From: Octopus vulgaris
Lineage: Eukaryota
Length of the DNA stretch: 64,000 bases
Assembly: GCA_951406725.2 (NCBI GenBank)
Contig: OX597818.1
Location: 79,298,001 to 79,362,000, forward strand
Direction: 5' to 3'
Part shown: one piece after another, positions 55,108 through 64,000 of the stretch
Layout: the number at the start of each line of letters is the position of its first letter
Position numbering within the stretch: position 1 is the stretch's first letter
The notes under the pieces: generated by a model
Database searches by the model: none
What the model was told of the DNA's origin: nothing
The model's input: the letters and a program-made list of their open reading frames with translations, nothing else
Made by a program: the position numbers and the translations under genes

Positions 55108-56630
55108 TGTCCTGTATTAAGCGAAAATCAGTTGCGTATTTCTCCGGTAACTCCGATAGGACCATCCTTCTAAACTAGACTAATATGTTCATAATGGTTC
55201 TATGTGACACGATCACAACCAAAGCTTAAGACCTCCGCACAGATTCCATCTTTATCATGAGCCTTACGAAGCTTATTGTTTTCACTACGTTAGCACCTGG
55301 AAATACAATGTCTAATTGGTAGATGATGACAGGTCTTTGTTGAAGGGAGACAGTCACGGCGTCATCCATAACAAATTTACAGTTTATTTCAGAAAATCGT
55401 TAAATAGTTCAGAAAACAACAGAGATTATAGCTAGTTGTGATCTCTGCAGCATTTTAGTAAATACTGTACAGCCAGTCTTAGAGACTAAGGGATTCACAA
55501 CTAAATGTATTTCCTCATCTAAAATTATAGATCCCGTCACGGAGGCAGTATGAATGTCAAGAACAACACCCTATAGTCATGTGCTTTTGCATCTGTTTGA
55601 GTGATCGTTGTAATTGAGATTTTATAGTTTTGTAATAAACAACGGTTTAAATTCTCTGAACAACTTATAGCCCATTGTGTAGTAATGTAAAGATTATGTT
55701 TTGGAAACAAGAATCTGAATATTAGCATCATGTTTGTCAAACCGGTTCCTAAGACTAGTTGTAACAGATCCAAGTGTTTTAATATTGTAAAATACTCGTT
55801 CCAAAACAATAATTCCAATGTTGTTTTATATTCTTTGCTGGATTAAGGATTTTCAATACCCTTTTTCACAGAAGTTCAATAACTTACAAACATTCGATAG
55901 TCGAATAATCTTCGTTTTATCCGACTGTCTCTTCTCCTTTCTCTCTTCGCTCTCACCTCCTTACTCCTCACTTTTCATTCTGCACCCCTCTCTGTCTCTC
56001 TTGTTCCTTTCTTGTTTATTTTTCTCTCTCTTCCTTCTCCCTGCTCTCACTCCTACATCAGGAACTCTGCTCAGACTAAACTCCGAGTCATGAAAAGTCC
56101 TAATATTTATTCATCATAGCTACCACGCCTATGAATTACTACATAATCCTGGTAATACTTAGATTATGTTCTCCTTAAAGTTTTAGGAACGTGAAACTAT
56201 CTTATTTTGTGTGTGTGTGCGCGCACGCACGCGTTAGTATTTATTTAAGAATGTGTATGCGTAGAAGTATATGCACTTATCAGAGTAGCTTGTGGTCCAC
56301 TTTACAATTTTTGGTTCACTTTTCTCAGAAAATTCCTGGTCCCCAGGCAAACAGATCACACTCTCAATGGGTTGCTCAAAACACAATACTTGACTTCTAA
56401 CAGTGCCTTGCGACGCTAATGTCTTACACAAATCGAATGTGTGACGATGGACGGCTACATGGTTGCAGCCATTCAGTTCTGGTGACGTTGTTAACGTTCT
56501 ATCGTCGCAAACATTCAAAGAAAACATTTAAGTTAGCAACGTTCATAAAGAATTGTTTGCACAGTATCATATAGATTCTATCTGCCCTGTACGCAACATA
56601 CACATACGTAGACACATACACACACACACA

Positions 56631-56721
<91 letters not shown>

Positions 56722-56734
56722 AAATGTTAGCTCC

Positions 56735-59452
<2,718 letters not shown>

Positions 59453-60616
59453 AACTTGTAAACAATAATAACTCATAGAAATATAATACATATATGCATG
59501 ACCGTATGTGTTTCCATGTCTATACATATTTGTTCCAAATGTACGTGTACATGCATATACGTATGCGTATCTATATTTCTCTCTCTCTCTATATATTATA
59601 TATTTAGCAGCATCAGCGTCAACAAATGTTTAAGTATAAGCGAGCTTTAGATTAGTTAAAATTTGTTTACACACACACATACACGCATATCCTTTATTCT
59701 TTTGTGCGTTTTAGTAATTAAAACGCACAAAAATTAAATACTGAAAAAAAAAAGAATTACTTGGCCAAATTGGTCAGACAAGAGCTTGAACATTTTGGGG
59801 TTGAGTGCAAATCTTTGTACTCTGTTATTTTTTGGAGAACTATTTCATGATGGTGCCCTAGAATGGCCGCAATCCAACGATTGAAACCAGTAAAAGATAA
59901 TAGATAAAGACTCTTATACAAACGTTCAAATATGCACCGTGAAGATCAAGGTGACTTACACTTCAAGTGTCGGCTATCAACGTCTTCAGTCGTTGAAAGA
60001 AGCTTTGCCTGTATGTGTTTAAATCGTAAGAAAGTTCTATGAAAAGAATACAGCTTATAAGAAAGGTTCTGCAATTTGTTACAAATTTCAATGAAAGAAT
60101 ATCTTTTTTTCTTATTTTATCCAATATGGTAAAATATATAAATCATTAAAGATTATGAATTAAATAAACGGTTCAAGAGAAATGAAAATGGAAAGTAATG
60201 AAGGATTCTTGATCCTTGAGATTATCTTCCCTTCTCAAGGAAAGCTGGTCTGAATTGCCATTTGGTAATAATAACATCTAGAGGCGGGGATAATTTTACC
60301 GAATTAAGAATTTACGGTGTATGGTACTTGATATACCTGTATTCATGTTATTCAAATGCAGGCCACTGACAATTCTTAGTCATTATCTCTTTTAGTTCGC
60401 ATTTGTTTAAATCGTAAAATTTATTTGACACAGGTCGCTATAAGGTCAAATTCGAAACAACAGATTCGATAGGTTAGCGAGTATGTCGTAAATGGAATGA
60501 CATTTGCAATGATTATATTCTAAAAGAGTTAAAGTATCACATGAAATTTCTGTAAAGAAAATATTTAGCTTTCGAAGTAAATGCGTGTATATGTGCGCAT
60601 TTATATTTGTGTGTAT

Positions 60617-60661
<45 letters not shown>

Positions 60662-61051
60662 TGTGTTCATTTGTGCGGTTGCCAGTTTCTAAAGTTAGTA
60701 TACGATGGTATAGTTGCAATGTGCAGTGCCTTGGAGCAACTATTGTGTAGGCTTATATGGCAAATCTCTCCCCCAAGTACTCTACTGTTATTATAAGTAT
60801 GTAGAAGGAAAAAATATCCTGTGAGTTTATAAATTTCAAATTATCTGTAAAAAGTGAGTTTTCATATGATATATTAGAGTTACGAGTTAAACTATATGCC
60901 ATATCAGTGGTTCCCAACCTGTGGTCCTTAGTTTAGTGTTCTTTGAAATCTTTCGTTACATTTTCTTCCCGTCCCACGTGTCTCCTTGTGGGATAGAGAG
61001 TAGCTAAGGAGGTCACAAGATGTGTGTGAACGATTTCAGACAAAGAGCATT

Positions 61052-61138
61052 AAAAGAAGAAGAAGAAGAAGAAGAAGAAGAAGAAGAAGAAGAAGAAGAA
61101 GAAGAAGAAGAAGAAGAAGAAGAAGAAGAAGAAGAAGA
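61052..61138 (+). repeat. Pure (GAA)n tract
   Basis: Uninterrupted AAG repeats. Confidence 0.95.
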
Positions 61139-61223
61139 GACGTAAAGAACGAGTATATCGTGCATGTTGTTATGTGGCAAAAAGAAAATTACACTCCTCA
61201 AATAAAAGAATATATATATATAA

Positions 61224-61308
<85 letters not shown>

Positions 61309-62060
61309 TATATATATAACTGAAATTTTAGGGAAAGGGGCTAGTTAGTTACATCGACCCCAGGGTTACTTAGATGTTATTTATGCCTTGATATACAGAT
61401 ATTATAAAATACATTATATATTATTAAATAAATGAGATTGTATTTTAAAAAGGATGGTTTAATTCGGTTGGGTGATACATAAAATATTATTGAGTGTAAT
61501 ATAGAGTCGTATATAGATTATTAAATAAAATGTTCCTGATGAGAAGTGAGAAATATATTTAAGTATATAATAGATGACACCTGCTTTAAATGAATATAAT
61601 AAAAGGTAACTTTTATGTGACATTCGTGTATAACAGCGATATAACACTATATACTCCATATGCAAATTTATAAAACGGTATGATTTGGCAGTTGCAACAA
61701 ACGTCGCATATGAAAGCCAATGGAAGGATGGATGCAGTTGTAAGCATAAATTCACATGGAAGCAACTGTTAATAAATGCAGGTCACGCAGGTCACTTATA
61801 TTTCTATGCCTGAGAATATAATTGAATGTCAGTGTATGCGCACCTGTAAGGTAATATATTTCTGTAATTATGTTTACAAAATTAATTCTGTGCAAATAAT
61901 TAGAATAACGGAAAAGTACAGGAATTTAAACATAAAATTATAACTTGCCCCCAAACACATATACATTGGTGTGTAGATAGACAGATAGATAGATAGATAG
62001 ACAGACGGACAGACAAAAGGACAGATAGACAGAAAGACAGACAGACAGACAGACAGATAG

Positions 62061-62098
<38 letters not shown>

Positions 62099-62140
62099 AC
62101 AGAGTCAGACCCATTGATAAACAGAGTCAGAGATAGATAT

Positions 62141-62837
62141 GTTTCTTTATTAGCCACACAGGGCTGCACACAGACAGGACAAATTACAAGGTAGAACTTT
62201 TCTTTTGGGGGTAAAAAAGGTGATTTGGTTTTCGATCAATAGGGATCGTTATCACAGAAATGTCAATATAAAGTGTAAAGGGGGGGTGGCAGGTGAGGTT
62301 TACCCGTGGAAAGAAAAGCCTATGGAAAAAACCACGGTAACCTCGGTCAATGAAGTCACAGGTTATATATATTTTTTTTTTTACAAATAAACAACTCTCT
62401 GTCTTAATTTTTACGGTTCAGAGGATCATAGTCAAGGTGGCTTCGTCATTCATACGTGCCATCCTTGCTACATTCACCCATCTTTTTTTAAAACATTCAC
62501 TAGACAAAACTTGCCTCTCTACTCTCACTTTCCTCTTCAAGTGATACTTGAAGAAGTTGATGAGAGATTGACCAGAGAGGAAAGTGTTTGTCTCTAATCC
62601 TTTCAGGCGCGTCCACCAGATACATTCTTTCGTCATAGCCACAAGTATGATAAAAATAGCTCTTCCTTCCCGTTTGAAGGAAGGAGGCGTGACGATATTA
62701 ACGATAGACTCGGCTGATAAACCGACACGTCCCACATGTGACAGCAGTCGTTCGACATAAGCCCACAGGTCGGAGATTGTTGGACACTGCACGATTGCGT
62801 GCAGAGCGGTTTCGTCGCTCTGCCTGCAAGTGTTCAC
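62141..62837 (-). mobile_element. Tx1/L1-clade LINE 3' end (zf-RVT region + 3' UTR)
   Basis: CRQSDETALHAIVQCPTISDLW...KECIWWTR (C..DET..H....C.....W knuckle), stop at 62418; 3' end ...GCAGCCCTGTGTGGCTAATAAAGAAAC next to TATC-type repeats. Confidence 0.85.
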
Positions 62838-64000
62838 ATGGTTATGTAATTGTAATAATGAGAATCAAGCGATTAGATATACATACACATATGTAATATA
62901 TTCGTGACCGCTATTTCCTATTGGCTAAACACACATTTGAATTTATTTGAAAATTAAAAGCCACTCTCATACCTCATCTTATCGCTTGAAAAGTTACCTC
63001 AAATGCCAAACCTTACGATAAAACTTGCCAAATTTGTACTACTGAATTGTATGACATTATAATCTCCAAAATATTTATTTAGGAAACATTCTGATACAAC
63101 TCTTCCTTGATGACAGACTGACAATTCCCGAAACTTTTATAAAGCTTTGCAAAATATAAATAAATCAGAATATCTTTTCCGTTAGCGAAATAACAAAATT
63201 AATCTCCATTTTTCTCTTTACTTAGTCAAAATGCATATGTAATCTCTTTTTTTTTACGTTTGTTTGAATTAGCATATATGGTACGGCGGAGGCAATCACA
63301 TCACATGAATGTATTTTCATGCTGAAGAACCTGATAGCCTGACACTCTTTTTACATTTACGCCACAATATGAACACGTACATATCTATATATTCATTGCA
63401 TATGCAGCATACATTTAAACATAGGTTCATATATATATATATGCATATATATATATACATATACAATACATACGTACATACAGAAATTATATATATGAAA
63501 TAAAAACAAATAAGTGGATTATATACATTTCTACTGTAGGCACAAGGCCCGAAATTTTGGGAGAAGGGGCCAGTCGATTAGATCGACCCCAGTACGCAAC
63601 TGGTACTTAATTTATCGACCCTGAAAGGATGAAAGGCAAAGTCGACTTCGGCGGAGTTTGAACTCAGAATGTAACGGCAGATGAAATACCGCTAAGCATT
63701 TTCCCTGGCCTACTAATGTTTCAGCCAACTTGCCACCGTAAATAAGTAGATTATATAGTCTCACCACAGTGTTACATTAATAGTTTTTATTGAGACCAAC
63801 ATCGTACATTCAGTTATGAAAGACGTATAATATTTTATAAGGTCATACAATACATTGAAATTTAATAATTTCCATTGTAATGAATGTTCGCTGTTGCTCT
63901 TAGATTTTTGATGAAGTCATAGATATAGAGGCAAATATGTCATTCAACTTTTCTTCAGTTTTTTTAAATATCATTATTCGCTCTTATCAATTACAATTTG

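Overview
Eukaryotic, AT-rich, microsatellite-saturated DNA; the tRNA-derived SINE families and (TA)n/(AGAT)n/(CA)n density suggest an octopus-type cephalopod genome (inference). Nearly all listed ORFs are microsatellite artefacts. One host gene is well supported: a + strand GPI-type Ly6/uPAR three-finger (Quiver/Sleepless-like) protein. Its two phase-matched coding exons (5219-5365, 39418-39638) span a 34-kb intron. A possible second small gene lies on the - strand. The rest is transposon debris: Penelope-like elements (PLEs), mariner/maT/Tc1/pogo DNA transposons, RTE and Tx1/L1 LINE ends, and three SINE families. The main unexpected signals are: (1) a tRNA-headed, hammerhead-bearing non-coding element that shares its 3' end with a Penelope RT and forms a TSD-flanked head-to-head palindrome; (2) a SINE variant whose tail matches a Tx1-clade LINE 3' end and that forms fixed-junction tandem arrays inside its own SINE family; (3) several PLE hammerhead ribozymes and long foldback hairpins. 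Repeat boundaries were read by eye and are approximate.
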